Assembly (NCBI GenBank): GCA_046331125.1
Contig: JAXLRL010000005.1
Coordinates: 64,923 to 128,922, forward strand
Reading direction: 5' to 3'
Source of the DNA: Acidimicrobiia bacterium
GTDB lineage: Bacteria; Actinomycetota; Acidimicrobiia; IMCC26256; DASPTH01
DNA length: 64,000 nt
Position numbers and translations under genes: made by a program. Below, piece by piece: positions 29,064 to 38,353 of the stretch (the stretch's first letter is position 1; each line of letters begins with the position of its first letter). Under the pieces are notes generated by a model. That model did not search any database. It was given only the letters and a program-made list of their open reading frames with translations, and was not told the DNA's origin.

Positions 29064-29925
29064 CGAGGGTCCTCGTGGCCGAGGCATCCTGGGCGGGCCC
29101 GTCGACGGGCCCGCCCGCACCGCCGCGCAGTACCCGCACACCCAGGCGGTGCCGGGGCTGCGCGTGCTGCACCGCTCGTCGGGCTTCGTGGGCACGCTGG
29201 TGGAGCTGCGCGGCAGCGGCCAGGATGCCGACGTCGTCCTGCGCGGGCACACCGGGCTCGAGAAGGTCTTCAAGAACATCCCCGGTTCGTTCGCGGTCGA
29301 CGGGACGGCAACCCATCTCGTGCCGCCGCGTGTCGCCGACGCAGATGGGGGCGCACCGGAGGTGCGCGTCAAGGAAGGCGTGCGCACCGCGTCGGGGAGC
29401 CGCGCGGTCGCGGGCGCGAAGGCGCGGGTCGCGCGCGCCAGCCGCATCTGGGTGGAGGGCATCCAAGACGCCGAGCTGGTCGAGAAGGTGTGGGGCGACG
29501 ACCTGCGCATCGAGGGCATCGTGGTGGAGCGCCTCGACGGCGCCGACCACCTCGCCGACGCGGTCGCCGAGTTCGGCCCCGCGGCCGACGCCCGCCTCGG
29601 CGTGCTGCTCGACCACCTCGTGCCCGGCTCCAAGGAGGCGCGCCTCGCGGAGTCCGTGCGCCACCCGCACGTGCTCGTCACCGGTACGCCGTTCGTCGAC
29701 GTGTGGGCGGCGGTGCGCCCGTCCGCGCTGGGCATCCCCGCATGGCCCGAGGTGCCGAAGGGCCAGCCGTGGAAGGAGGGCGTGTGCGCCGCGCTCGGGG
29801 TGGGCGACCCGCGCGACTTCTGGCGCCGCATCCTCGCCACCGTGCAGGACTGGAAGCAGCTCGAGCAGCCCTTCGTGGCCGCGGTCGAGCAGCTGATCGA
29901 CTTCGTCACCGAGCCGGTCGACTAG
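29062..29925 (+). CDS. DUF3097 family protein (start not resolved)
   Basis: This is the tail of ORF 28807..29925: ILGGPVDG..AVPGLRVLHRSSGFVGTLVEL..RIWVEGIQDAELVEKVWGDDLRIEGIVVERLDG..DHLVPGSKEARL..WPEVPKGQPWKEGV. It matches the conserved actinobacterial DUF3097 pattern. No in-frame start codon lies near the expected N-terminus. Confidence 0.7.
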   Translation, partial: DEGPRGRGILGGPVDGPARTAAQYPHTQAVPGLRVLHRSSGFVGTLVELRGSGQDADVVLRGHTGLEKVFKNIPGSFAVDGTATHLVPPRVADADGGAPEVRVKEGVRTASGSRAVAGAKARVARASRIWVEGIQDAELVEKVWGDDLRIEGIVVERLDGADHLADAVAEFGPAADARLGVLLDHLVPGSKEARLAESVRHPHVLVTGTPFVDVWAAVRPSALGIPAWPEVPKGQPWKEGVCAALGVGDPRDFWRRILATVQDWKQLEQPFVAAVEQLIDFVTEPVD

Positions 29926-29942
29926 CGGGCCGAGGCCGGACG

Positions 29943-31601
29943 ATGACGAGCGTCGACGCGGCCGTCACCGGCGAGATCGTCCGCAACGGGCTCGCGATGG
30001 CCGCCGAGGAGGCGAGCGTCGTCGTGGTGCGCGCCGGGCACAGCGCGTTCATCCAGGAGGGCGCCGACGCGTGCGCGGCGGTGCTCGACCACGAGGCGCA
30101 GCTCGTGGCGTTGTCGACGGCCACCAGCCTCATGCACGCCGCGAGCCTCCGGTGCTCGCTCCCCGCGCTGATCGAGGACTTCCCCCTCGCCAGGATGGAA
30201 CCGGGCGACGTGTACGCGTTGAACGACCCCTACCGCGGTGGCATCCACGCCAACGACATCCTCGTGTTCCGCCCCGTGTTCGCGGACGACGGCAACGGGG
30301 CTCGGGTCGTGTTCTTCACCGGCACCCTGATCCACGTCGCCGACGTCGGTGGCGTGGCGGCCGGCGGCCTGGCCACGCTCGCCACCGACACCTTCGTCGA
30401 GGGCCTGTTGCTGCCGCCCGTCCGGCTCTACCGCCGCGGCGAGCAGCAGCACGACGTGTTCAACATCGTCGCCCGCAATTCGCGCGCACCGGAGAAGGTC
30501 ACCGGCGACGTGCAGGCGCTCGTCGCCGGCACCGGTGTGCTGGCGCGCCGCGTCGAGGAGCTGCTCGACCGCTACGGCGCGGCCGCGGTCGTGCGCGTGG
30601 TGCGCGACGCGATGGACGAGTCGGAGCGACGTATGCGCGCCTCACTCGCCGAGCTCCCCGCCGGTCGCTACGAGGGCAGCTTCGAGATCGACACCGACGG
30701 CATCGAGGACCGCACGTTCACCGTGCGGGCCGCGGTCACCCTGCCCGGCGACGGCACGATCGCCATCGACCTCGGCGGCACGTCGGCGCAGGCGGTCGGC
30801 GCGATCAACGCGTCGGAGTCGCAGACGATGTCGGGCGTGGTCTACGCGGTGCGCTGCTTCGTCGATCCCACCATCCCCATGAACGAGGGGTGCTTCCGCC
30901 CGCTCGCGGTCGACCTCCCGCGCGGCACGCTCGTGAACCCCGAACCGCCTGCGGCATGTGGCGGGCGACTCGTGACCGTCGCCGCGGTCACCGAGGCGTT
31001 GCTGCAGGCGCTCGCGGCCGCGCAACCGGAGCACGCGGTCGCCGCGAGCGCGCTCATCCACGTGGTGTCGCTGCACGGACTGCGCCCCACGGGCGAGGTG
31101 TGGCTCACGCTGCTGTACGAGTTCGGCGGCCTCGGTGCCCGCACCGGCGCCGACGGCCCCGACGCGACCGGCGCGTTCTTCCTCGGCGGCCGTTCGGTGA
31201 TCCCGCAGGTCGAGCCACTCGAGGCGCAGTTCCCCTTCGTCGTGCGCTCCACGCGGCTGTTGCCCGACTCCGGTGGCCGCGGCCGGTGGCGCGGCGGCCT
31301 CGGCGTGGAGACCGTCGTGGAGATGCTCGACCACGCGCACCTCACCGTGCGGGGCGACCGCATCGGCGCGTTCCCGCCGCCGGGCGCGCAGGGCGGCGAG
31401 CCCGGGCGGTCCGGGTCGTTCACCGTCGAGCGGGCCGACGGCCGGGTCGAGGTGCTCACCGCCCGCCAGAGCGACGTGCCCCTCGCGCCGGGCGACCGGT
31501 TCGTGCTGCGCACCTCCGGCGGCGGCGGCCTCGGCCCTCCCGCCGAGCGTGATCCCGCCGCCGTCGCGCGCGACCTCGCCGAGGGTCGGGTCACGCCATG
31601 A
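29943..31601 (+). CDS. hyuB: hydantoinase B / oxoprolinase family protein
   Basis: The ATG is at 29943 within ORF 29490..31601. GDVYALNDPYRGGIHANDILVFRPVF and PDSGGRGRWRGGLG are HyuB signatures. It has an ATGA overlap with hyuA. Confidence 0.85.
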   Translation: MTSVDAAVTGEIVRNGLAMAAEEASVVVVRAGHSAFIQEGADACAAVLDHEAQLVALSTATSLMHAASLRCSLPALIEDFPLARMEPGDVYALNDPYRGGIHANDILVFRPVFADDGNGARVVFFTGTLIHVADVGGVAAGGLATLATDTFVEGLLLPPVRLYRRGEQQHDVFNIVARNSRAPEKVTGDVQALVAGTGVLARRVEELLDRYGAAAVVRVVRDAMDESERRMRASLAELPAGRYEGSFEIDTDGIEDRTFTVRAAVTLPGDGTIAIDLGGTSAQAVGAINASESQTMSGVVYAVRCFVDPTIPMNEGCFRPLAVDLPRGTLVNPEPPAACGGRLVTVAAVTEALLQALAAAQPEHAVAASALIHVVSLHGLRPTGEVWLTLLYEFGGLGARTGADGPDATGAFFLGGRSVIPQVEPLEAQFPFVVRSTRLLPDSGGRGRWRGGLGVETVVEMLDHAHLTVRGDRIGAFPPPGAQGGEPGRSGSFTVERADGRVEVLTARQSDVPLAPGDRFVLRTSGGGGLGPPAERDPAAVARDLAEGRVTP

Positions 31602-33703
31602 GCACGCACCTCCTCGGCGTCGACGTCGGCGGCACGTTCACCGACGTCGTGCTCGCCGACGGCCACGGCGCGTTGCACCTGGCCAAGGTGCTCACCACGC
31701 CCGCCGACCCGCGTGACGGGGTCGCCGCGGGCGTCACCGAGGTGCTCGCACTCGCAGGCGTCGACGCGTCGGCGGTCGGGCGCTTCGTGCACGGCACCAC
31801 GCTGGCCACCAACGTCATCCTGCAACGTCGCGGCGGCCCCGTCGCGCTCGTCACCACCGAGGGCTTCGCCGACGTGCTGCGCCTCGGGCGTGAGGCGCGC
31901 GTGGAGGACGACCGCTACGACCTCTTCTTCGCGCCCGCCGAACCGCCGGTGCCCCCGCAACTCACGTTCGAGGTGCGCGAGCGCATCGGCGCGAACGGCG
32001 ACGTGCTCGTCGCGCTCGAACCGGGCGCGCTCGACGCGCTCGTCGCGCAGGTCACCGCCGCCGCACCGCGCGGCGTCGCGGTGTGCCTGCTCCACGCGTA
32101 CGCCGATCCCACCCATGAGCGAGCGGTCGCCGACGCGCTGCGCGCCGCACTCCCCGACGCGTGGATCACCGGGTCGGCCGACGTGTGGCCCGAGATGCGC
32201 GAGTACGAGCGCGCGATGTCCACAGTGGTCGCGGCGCTGGTCGGCCCCGTGATGGCCGAGTACCTGCGGTCGTTGGAGGCGCGCCTGCGCGACCTCGGCC
32301 TGCGGTGCCCGGTCGAGGTGATGGACTCCGCCGGCGACGTGATGACCGCGGTGAGCGCCGCGGCCCATCCCGTGGCCACGGTCGAGTCGGGCGGCGCCGC
32401 CGGCGTGCTCGCAGCGGGGATCATCGGCCGGGCCACCGGCGCCGACGACGTGATCTCGTTCGACATGGGCGGCACCACCGCCAAGGCCGCCATCGTGCGC
32501 GCCGGTCGCCCCGCCGTCACCCACGACTTCCAGGTGGGCGGCAAGGGCAGCTTCGGCGGCGCCCGCGCCGGCACCGGAGTCCCACTGAAGGTGCCGGTCG
32601 TCGACCTCGCCGAGGTGGGCGCGGGCGGCGGGAGCATCGCGGCGGTCGAGGCCGGCGGCGTGCTGCGCGTGGGCCCGCACTCGGCGGGTTCGTACCCCGG
32701 CCCCGCGTGCTACGGGCAGGGTGGCACCGCGCCGACCGTCACCGACGCCGACCTGTTGCTCGGCTACCTCCACCCCTCCGGCCTCGCGGGCGGTGTGGAA
32801 CTGTCGGTGGACCTCGCGCGCGATGCCGTCGAGCGGGCGATCGCCGCACCCCTCGGCATCAGCGCACTCGACGCCGCGCGTGCGATCCACGAGATCGTGA
32901 ACGCCAACATGGCGGCTGCGATCCGCATCGTCACCGTGCAGCGCGGCATCGACCCGCGCGGCATGGGCCTCGTGGGTTTCGGCGGCGCGGGCCCGATGCA
33001 CGTGGCCCGCCTGGCCGAGACCTTCGGCATCCCCACCGTGGTGGTGCCGTGGGGCGCGGGCGTGGCGTCGGCCATCGGCCTCGTGAGCGCGGACCTCGGC
33101 GCCGAGCGGGTGCGCCCCTTCACGCGCGACCTCACCGCCCTGCGCGACGGCGAGCTCGAAGCCGCACTCGCCGACCTCGAACGCGACGCGCGCGCCGAGC
33201 TCGACACGGCCGCAAGTGACGGTGAAGAGGCGCTCGTGGCGCGCACCGTCGACCTGCGCGTGCGCGGGCAGGCGCACCACCTCGGCGTCGTGTTCCCCGC
33301 CGACGGCCGCGCCGCCGACCTCCCCGAACTGTTCGCACAGCGCTACCGCGAGGCGTACGGGGTGGAGCCCGGCCCCGCACTGCAGGTCACGTCGTTGCGC
33401 GTGCGCATCGTGCGCCGCACCGCGCGCCACGTGCCGACGTCGACCACCGGCACCACCGGCACCACCGGCACCGGTGTCGACCCGTTCGACGCGACGCCCG
33501 CACGCGAGCGGCTCGCGCACTTCGCGGAGATCGGTGCCGCCGCGAGCACCCCGGTGTACGACTGGGCCACCCTGGCGCCCGGCGCGCAACTCGCCGGCCC
33601 CGCGCTCGTCGACGGCACCGACACCACCGTGGTGGTGCCACCCGGCCACGGCGCCCACGTCGACGCCGCCCGCAACCTCGTGCTGCACCCGTACACCCGC
33701 TGA
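31598..33703 (+). CDS. hyuA: hydantoinase A / oxoprolinase family protein
   Basis: Intact 701-aa ORF. LGVDVGGTFTDVVL, HGTTLATNVILQRRG, ISFDMGGTTAK and GFGGAGPMH follow the HyuA/acetone-carboxylase-beta family pattern. Confidence 0.85.
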   Translation: MSTHLLGVDVGGTFTDVVLADGHGALHLAKVLTTPADPRDGVAAGVTEVLALAGVDASAVGRFVHGTTLATNVILQRRGGPVALVTTEGFADVLRLGREARVEDDRYDLFFAPAEPPVPPQLTFEVRERIGANGDVLVALEPGALDALVAQVTAAAPRGVAVCLLHAYADPTHERAVADALRAALPDAWITGSADVWPEMREYERAMSTVVAALVGPVMAEYLRSLEARLRDLGLRCPVEVMDSAGDVMTAVSAAAHPVATVESGGAAGVLAAGIIGRATGADDVISFDMGGTTAKAAIVRAGRPAVTHDFQVGGKGSFGGARAGTGVPLKVPVVDLAEVGAGGGSIAAVEAGGVLRVGPHSAGSYPGPACYGQGGTAPTVTDADLLLGYLHPSGLAGGVELSVDLARDAVERAIAAPLGISALDAARAIHEIVNANMAAAIRIVTVQRGIDPRGMGLVGFGGAGPMHVARLAETFGIPTVVVPWGAGVASAIGLVSADLGAERVRPFTRDLTALRDGELEAALADLERDARAELDTAASDGEEALVARTVDLRVRGQAHHLGVVFPADGRAADLPELFAQRYREAYGVEPGPALQVTSLRVRIVRRTARHVPTSTTGTTGTTGTGVDPFDATPARERLAHFAEIGAAASTPVYDWATLAPGAQLAGPALVDGTDTTVVVPPGHGAHVDAARNLVLHPYTR

Positions 33704-33748
33704 CGTAACGTCTCGCGCGCCCCGCCGCGCACGACCCGAGGAGATCCC

Positions 33749-34216
33749 ATGGCCGACGGCTCCGGACCCCGCATCGTCCACCTCGACGACCTCCCCTGGG
33801 AGGAGGTCCGCAAGATCGACTTCGGCGACCGCACCGCGTCGGTGTGGGAGAAGTGGCCCGAGTTCTCGCCGCGCTACCTCACCGTCTACGCGAAGTACGA
33901 GCCCGGCATGATGGTGCACGAGCACGGTCACAACGGCGACCACGTGGTGTTCGTGATCGAGGGTTCGGTGAAGTGCGGCGACGTCGACTGCCCGGCGGGC
34001 ACGCACATCGCGCTCGATCACGGCGAGTGGTTCGGTCCGTTCATCGCGGGGCCGGAGGGCGCCACGCTGTTCGAGATCATGATCGGCGACCCCCGCTCCT
34101 GGGCCACCGAGGAGGGCGAGGAACGCTGGAAGGCGCTGCTCGCGGAGCACGGCGCCACCCAGGCGCCGAACCCGAAGATCGCGCTCCCCGACTGGCTCGA
34201 GGACACGCGCACGTGA
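33749..34216 (+). CDS. cupin-domain protein
   Basis: 155-aa ORF. MMVHEHGHNGDHVVFVIEGSVKCGD..AGTHIAL resembles the two-His cupin metal motif region. Confidence 0.55.
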   Translation: MADGSGPRIVHLDDLPWEEVRKIDFGDRTASVWEKWPEFSPRYLTVYAKYEPGMMVHEHGHNGDHVVFVIEGSVKCGDVDCPAGTHIALDHGEWFGPFIAGPEGATLFEIMIGDPRSWATEEGEERWKALLAEHGATQAPNPKIALPDWLEDTRT

Positions 34217-35190
34217 CCGACACATCGGCCGCGGCACCGTTCGCCGCGGCGAGCGTCTCGCTGCGCCTCTACCCGCACCTCAACTCGGAGCTCGACGCGC
34301 CCGCCATCGTGCGCGAGCTCACCGGGCAGGCCGCGCTCGCCGCGCAGTCGGGGTTCGACGGCGTGATGACCAGCGAGCACCACGGCGGCTTCGCCGGCTA
34401 CCTCCCCAACCCGCTGCAGGCCGCGGGCTGGTGCCTCGAGGAGATGGCGACGGGCTGGGCCGCGCCCTGCCCGCTCCTCCTCCCGTTGCGCCCCGCGGCA
34501 CTGGTGGCCGAGGAGATCGCCTGGCTCGATGCGCGCCACCCGGGCCGGGTCGGCCTGGGCGTGGCGTCGGGCTCGCTGCCCCAGGACTTCGACGCGATGC
34601 ACGTGCCCATCGACGACATGGCGGCGCGGTTCACCGCGTCGTTCGAGGAGCTCGTCGGCATCCTGAACGGGCACGCGCCCGGGGTGCTGCTCGGCGACCC
34701 CGCGGTCGCCCGCTGCCACGACCACCCCATCCCCGTGCTGAGCGCGGCGATGGGTCTCACCGCGGCCCGCCGGGCGGCCCGGCTCGGCGCCGGCCTGGTG
34801 TTCGACTCGATGTCCACGCCCGAACGGTGCCGCGAGCTCATGGACGAGTTCCGCACCGCGGGCGGCACCACGCCGTCGGTGCTCATCCGCCGGGCGTGGG
34901 TGGGCACGCCCCCTCGGGGCAACCTCGACGCCCAACTCGAGGTGTACAAGGGCTACGCGACGGCGACCGCCCAGCAGCACTGGGGCAAGGACGAGCTCGT
35001 CGGGGTGGACGATCCCGCCGCGGTCGCCGACGGCCTGGCCGACGCCCTCGACCGCAGTGGCGCCGACGCCCTCAACCTCCGCCTGCACGTGCCGGGCGTG
35101 ACCCCCGCCCAGGTGCGCGAGCAGGTCGAGCGGCTGGGGGCCGAGGTGCTGCCCCGGCTGCGCACCCGGCTCGCATCGCGGACCGACTGA
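34213..35190 (+). CDS. LLM-class (luciferase-like) flavin-dependent oxidoreductase
   Basis: The GTG at 34213 overlaps the cupin stop (GTGA). Supporting sequence is FDGVMTSEHHGGFAGYLPNP..GRVGLGVASG. Confidence 0.7.
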   Translation: MTDTSAAAPFAAASVSLRLYPHLNSELDAPAIVRELTGQAALAAQSGFDGVMTSEHHGGFAGYLPNPLQAAGWCLEEMATGWAAPCPLLLPLRPAALVAEEIAWLDARHPGRVGLGVASGSLPQDFDAMHVPIDDMAARFTASFEELVGILNGHAPGVLLGDPAVARCHDHPIPVLSAAMGLTAARRAARLGAGLVFDSMSTPERCRELMDEFRTAGGTTPSVLIRRAWVGTPPRGNLDAQLEVYKGYATATAQQHWGKDELVGVDDPAAVADGLADALDRSGADALNLRLHVPGVTPAQVREQVERLGAEVLPRLRTRLASRTD

Positions 35191-35268
35191 CCGCGCGCTT
35201 CCGGACCGTCCCAGTAACGCGGTACTGTCTTCAGTCAACCTTTGTCGACGCGCCTCAGGAGACCGCCG

Positions 35269-36453
35269 ATGAGCCTCAACGACATGCCGGTCAACGACTA
35301 CGACCAGCACTACTACGAGGCGCTCGACGCCTTCACCCGCCACCTCGACCCGCGCCTCGGCGGCCGCATCATCCAGTGGTGCGACATCGGAGGCCGCAAG
35401 TACCACGTGATCGGCGGCAAGGTCAGCCACGCGGTGGTGAACCCCACGTTCGACCCCGTGTCGCCCGCCGGTGCGATGGCCGAGTACTTCCGCGGCAACC
35501 CGAACGGCAAGACGCCGTTCGACTTCCTCAAGGAGCGGGAGCCGATCCGCCCCGAGTACCGCGACCGCGATGCCCGCATCCGGTCCATGGACGAGCAGGG
35601 CATCGAGAAGCTCTGGCTCTACCCCACCCTCGGCATGATCTACGAGGAGCTCCTCAAGGACGACCCGCAGGGCGTCGGCCTCATGTTCCAGGCGTTCAAC
35701 CGCTGGCTCGAGGAGGACTGGGGCTACGGCTACCAGGACCGCATCTTCGCCGCGCCCTACATCGCGCTGGCCGACATCGACATGGCGGTCGCCGAGCTCG
35801 AGCGCGCGCTGTCGCTCGGTGCGACCACCGTGTGCATGCGCCCCGCCGCGCCGACCACGCTCAACGGCCGCCGCACTCCCGCGCACGAGGACTTCGACCC
35901 GTTCTGGGCGCGCGTGAACGAGGCGGGCATCACCGTCGTCGTGCACGCGGGTGACAGCGGCTACCAGCTCAACGGCTACGGCAACGAGGGCTTCTCGGCG
36001 AGCTTCGGTGAGGGTGCGCGCAAGCCGAGCATCGGCTTCGTCACCATCGAGCGCGCCATCTACGACTTCCTCGCGTCGCTCATGTTCGACAAGCTCTTCG
36101 ACCGCTTCCCGAACGTGCGCGTCGTGTCGGTCGAGAACGGCGCCGAGTACCTCGGCGACCTGTTCAAGAAGCTGCGCTCGGTCAGCCGCAAGATGCCCGG
36201 CTACTGGAGCGAGGACCCGGTCGAGACCTTCAAGCGCAACGTGTGGATCAACCCGTTCTGGGAGGACGACGTCTACGAGGTCGTCGAGCACATGGGCGCC
36301 GACCGCGTGGTGTTCGGGAGCGACTACCCGCACATCGAGGGACTGCCGTCGCCGCGCGACTACCTCGTGGAGGTCAAGGAGCTCGACGAGGCCTCGCAGC
36401 GTCTCGTGATGCACGACAACGCGCTCGTGCTCAACACGCCGCAGCCCATCTGA
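35269..36453 (+). CDS. amidohydrolase-2 (ACMSD-like metal-dependent hydrolase/decarboxylase) family protein
   Basis: The ATG at 35269 follows an AGGAGAC RBS. Supporting sequence is ITVVVHAGD..VVFGSDYPHIEG with the family-typical C-terminal block. Confidence 0.8.
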   Translation: MSLNDMPVNDYDQHYYEALDAFTRHLDPRLGGRIIQWCDIGGRKYHVIGGKVSHAVVNPTFDPVSPAGAMAEYFRGNPNGKTPFDFLKEREPIRPEYRDRDARIRSMDEQGIEKLWLYPTLGMIYEELLKDDPQGVGLMFQAFNRWLEEDWGYGYQDRIFAAPYIALADIDMAVAELERALSLGATTVCMRPAAPTTLNGRRTPAHEDFDPFWARVNEAGITVVVHAGDSGYQLNGYGNEGFSASFGEGARKPSIGFVTIERAIYDFLASLMFDKLFDRFPNVRVVSVENGAEYLGDLFKKLRSVSRKMPGYWSEDPVETFKRNVWINPFWEDDVYEVVEHMGADRVVFGSDYPHIEGLPSPRDYLVEVKELDEASQRLVMHDNALVLNTPQPI

Positions 36454-36465
36454 GGCCGAGGCCCG

Positions 36466-37416
36466 TCACTCCGGGCTGAACCCCTCGAACATCCGGCGCA
36501 TCGCGAATCCCGCCTGCGCGCCCGCGACGGGCGTGGTGGGCGAGTCGAGGATCTCCGCCGCGCCCTCGGCGATGGCCTCGATGGTCGCGTCGCGGTCGAT
36601 CAGCCCGGCCGCGAGCGCGAGCTCGATGCGGGCGTAGTGCCCGCCGCCCACGCTGAACGCCTCGCCGCTCACCGGACACGACTCGTGTGCGAGCCAGCCG
36701 ACGAGCGGCGCGATGAGACGCGGGTGCAGCCACTCGTTGAGCGCGTCGCTCGGCGGGAAGGGGCCGAAGCCGGTGCCGGGGCGCGTCTTCGCGTAGGGCG
36801 CGATCACGTTGGCGGCGATGCCGAGCGGCGCACCCTCCGAGGCCATCGCGCGCGTGAGCCCGACCACGCCCATCTTCGCCATCCCGTAGACGGAACCACC
36901 GGGCACGCCACCGAACATGGCGCCCGACGAAACGTTCACGAAGCGGCCGCCGCCGTTCGCGGCCATGACCGCCCACGCGGGCCGGCTCACGTTGAACGGG
37001 CCGCGCAGCTGCGTGTCGATCACCGTCGAGATCATGTCGTCAGTCAGCTCGGTGAACGGGGCCATGCGCACCTGGCCGGCGTTGTTCACCACCACGTCGA
37101 CGGTGCCCCACGTGTCGAGCGCGGTCTGCACGATCGCGGCGCCGCCGTCGGGCGTGGCGATGCTGTCGAAGTTGGTGACCGCCTCGCCGCCCGCGGCGAC
37201 GATCTCGGCGACCACGTCGTCGGCCGGGTTGGTGGGCGGGGCGTCGGCCACCCCGTCGGTGTCGCTGATGCCCACGCCGAGGTCGTTGACGACCACCCGC
37301 GCGCCGCGGGACGCGAGCAGCAACGCGTACTCCCGACCGAGGTTGCGCCCAGCGCCGGTGACGATCACGACCTTGTCGTCGAAGCGCAACTGTCCCGCCT
37401 CGCGACGCTCACTCAT
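36466..37416 (-). CDS. SDR-family oxidoreductase (hydroxyacyl-CoA dehydrogenase-like)
   Basis: Motifs present are VVIVTGAGRNLGREYALLLASRGARVVVND (TGxxxGxG), NNAG and YGMAKMG (YxxxK). The ATG at 37416 overlaps the upstream hydratase stop by 8 nt. Confidence 0.8.
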   Translation of the reverse strand: MSERREAGQLRFDDKVVIVTGAGRNLGREYALLLASRGARVVVNDLGVGISDTDGVADAPPTNPADDVVAEIVAAGGEAVTNFDSIATPDGGAAIVQTALDTWGTVDVVVNNAGQVRMAPFTELTDDMISTVIDTQLRGPFNVSRPAWAVMAANGGGRFVNVSSGAMFGGVPGGSVYGMAKMGVVGLTRAMASEGAPLGIAANVIAPYAKTRPGTGFGPFPPSDALNEWLHPRLIAPLVGWLAHESCPVSGEAFSVGGGHYARIELALAAGLIDRDATIEAIAEGAAEILDSPTTPVAGAQAGFAMRRMFEGFSPE

Positions 37417-38218
37417 CGGTGTAGACGGGGGTACGACCCTCACGCCAGGCGCGGATCTTCTCGTCGAAGTTGCTGGTGGTGAGGCGCACGTAGAGCTGCG
37501 CGTTGCCCTCGTGGTTCATGTGCCCGTGCAGGCCACCCGCGTCGTAGCTCGCCCACAGCAACTGCTTGGTGAGCTCCACGCCCACGTGGCTGAAGCCGAT
37601 CATGCGGTCGGCCACCTCGTAGCACGTGTCGAGCAGCTGGTCGCCCGGCACCACCTGCGACACCATGCCGATGTGCAGCGCCTCCTCGGCGGTGACGTCA
37701 CGGCCGGTGAGGAGGATGTCGAACGCGCGGGAGAACCCGATCTGGCGCGGCAGCAGGTAGCTGATGCCGAGCTCGGCTGCAGTGAGGCCGTTGTTGATGC
37801 CCGCGGCACGCCAGTACGCGGAGTCCGACGCGATACGGATGTCGCACGCGGTCGACAGGCAGAACCCGCCACCGATCGCGGCACCGTTCACCGCCGCGAT
37901 CACCGGCTGGTGCATGTCGCGGATGGCGAGGATCACGTCGTCGAGCACGCGCAGCGCCCGGCGGGCGATGGTGGTCTTCTTCAGTCCGCTGATGTTGGGC
38001 ACCATGCCGCCGTCGGCGAGGTCGGCACCCGAGCAGAACCCGTGCCCGGCGCCGGTGAGCACCACCACCCGGCAGTCGTTGTCGACGCTGATGTCGTGCA
38101 GGGCGTCACGCAACGGGAGCATCACGTCGAACGCCATCGCGTTCATGCGCTCGGGCCGGTTGAGCGTGACCAGGGTGATCCCCTCACGCGGCTGGCTGAT
38201 CTGGATGAAGTCGTCCAT
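37409..38218 (-). CDS. enoyl-CoA hydratase/isomerase family protein
   Basis: This is the inner ATG (MDDFIQISQPREGITLVTLNRPERMNA) of ORF 37409..38749. Supporting blocks are VVLTGAGHGFCSGADL and PVIAAVNGAAIGGG. Confidence 0.85.
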   Translation of the reverse strand: MDDFIQISQPREGITLVTLNRPERMNAMAFDVMLPLRDALHDISVDNDCRVVVLTGAGHGFCSGADLADGGMVPNISGLKKTTIARRALRVLDDVILAIRDMHQPVIAAVNGAAIGGGFCLSTACDIRIASDSAYWRAAGINNGLTAAELGISYLLPRQIGFSRAFDILLTGRDVTAEEALHIGMVSQVVPGDQLLDTCYEVADRMIGFSHVGVELTKQLLWASYDAGGLHGHMNHEGNAQLYVRLTTSNFDEKIRAWREGRTPVYTDE

Positions 38219-38234
38219 GGCGGCGGAGGCTAAC

Positions 38235-38248
38235 GGAAACCGGTTTCC
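38235..38248. promoter_or_regulatory. perfect 14-bp palindrome GGAAACCGGTTTCC in a divergent intergenic region (candidate operator)
   Basis: Read directly. It lies ~17 nt upstream of the hydratase start (38218, minus strand) and ~105 nt upstream of the secreted-protein gene (38354, plus strand). Confidence 0.35.
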
Positions 38249-38353
38249 GACGCCGACGGGCGGCCCCGTCGCCGGACGCGGATCAGCCGCAATCCGATCG
38301 GGGCCCCGGCCCGTAATCCCTCCGAAGCTGCGGGGCTGACGGAGGACACGGAC

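Noticed and set aside
27833-29896. 687-aa ORF suggesting a P450 fused to a C-terminal domain.
   Set aside because: Beyond the P450 core, the translation is Arg/Ala/Ser-rich nonsense. The real downstream protein (DUF3097) is in a different frame. This is a read-through caused by a missed stop.
30842-34237. 1131-aa minus-strand ORF. Similar very long ORFs are 18488..22378 (+, 1296 aa), 34018..36414 (-, 798 aa), 58628..61312 upstream part, 27764..29053 (-) and 16537..18408 (+).
   Set aside because: They lie antisense to, or out of frame with, genes that have clear family signatures (hyuA/hyuB, MCPs, acyl-CoA dehydrogenase, amidohydrolase, P450). Their translations are Arg/Gly/Ala/Pro-rich low-complexity sequence with poor GC3 pattern. 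This is the usual stop-codon-poor shadow-ORF artefact of ~70% GC DNA.
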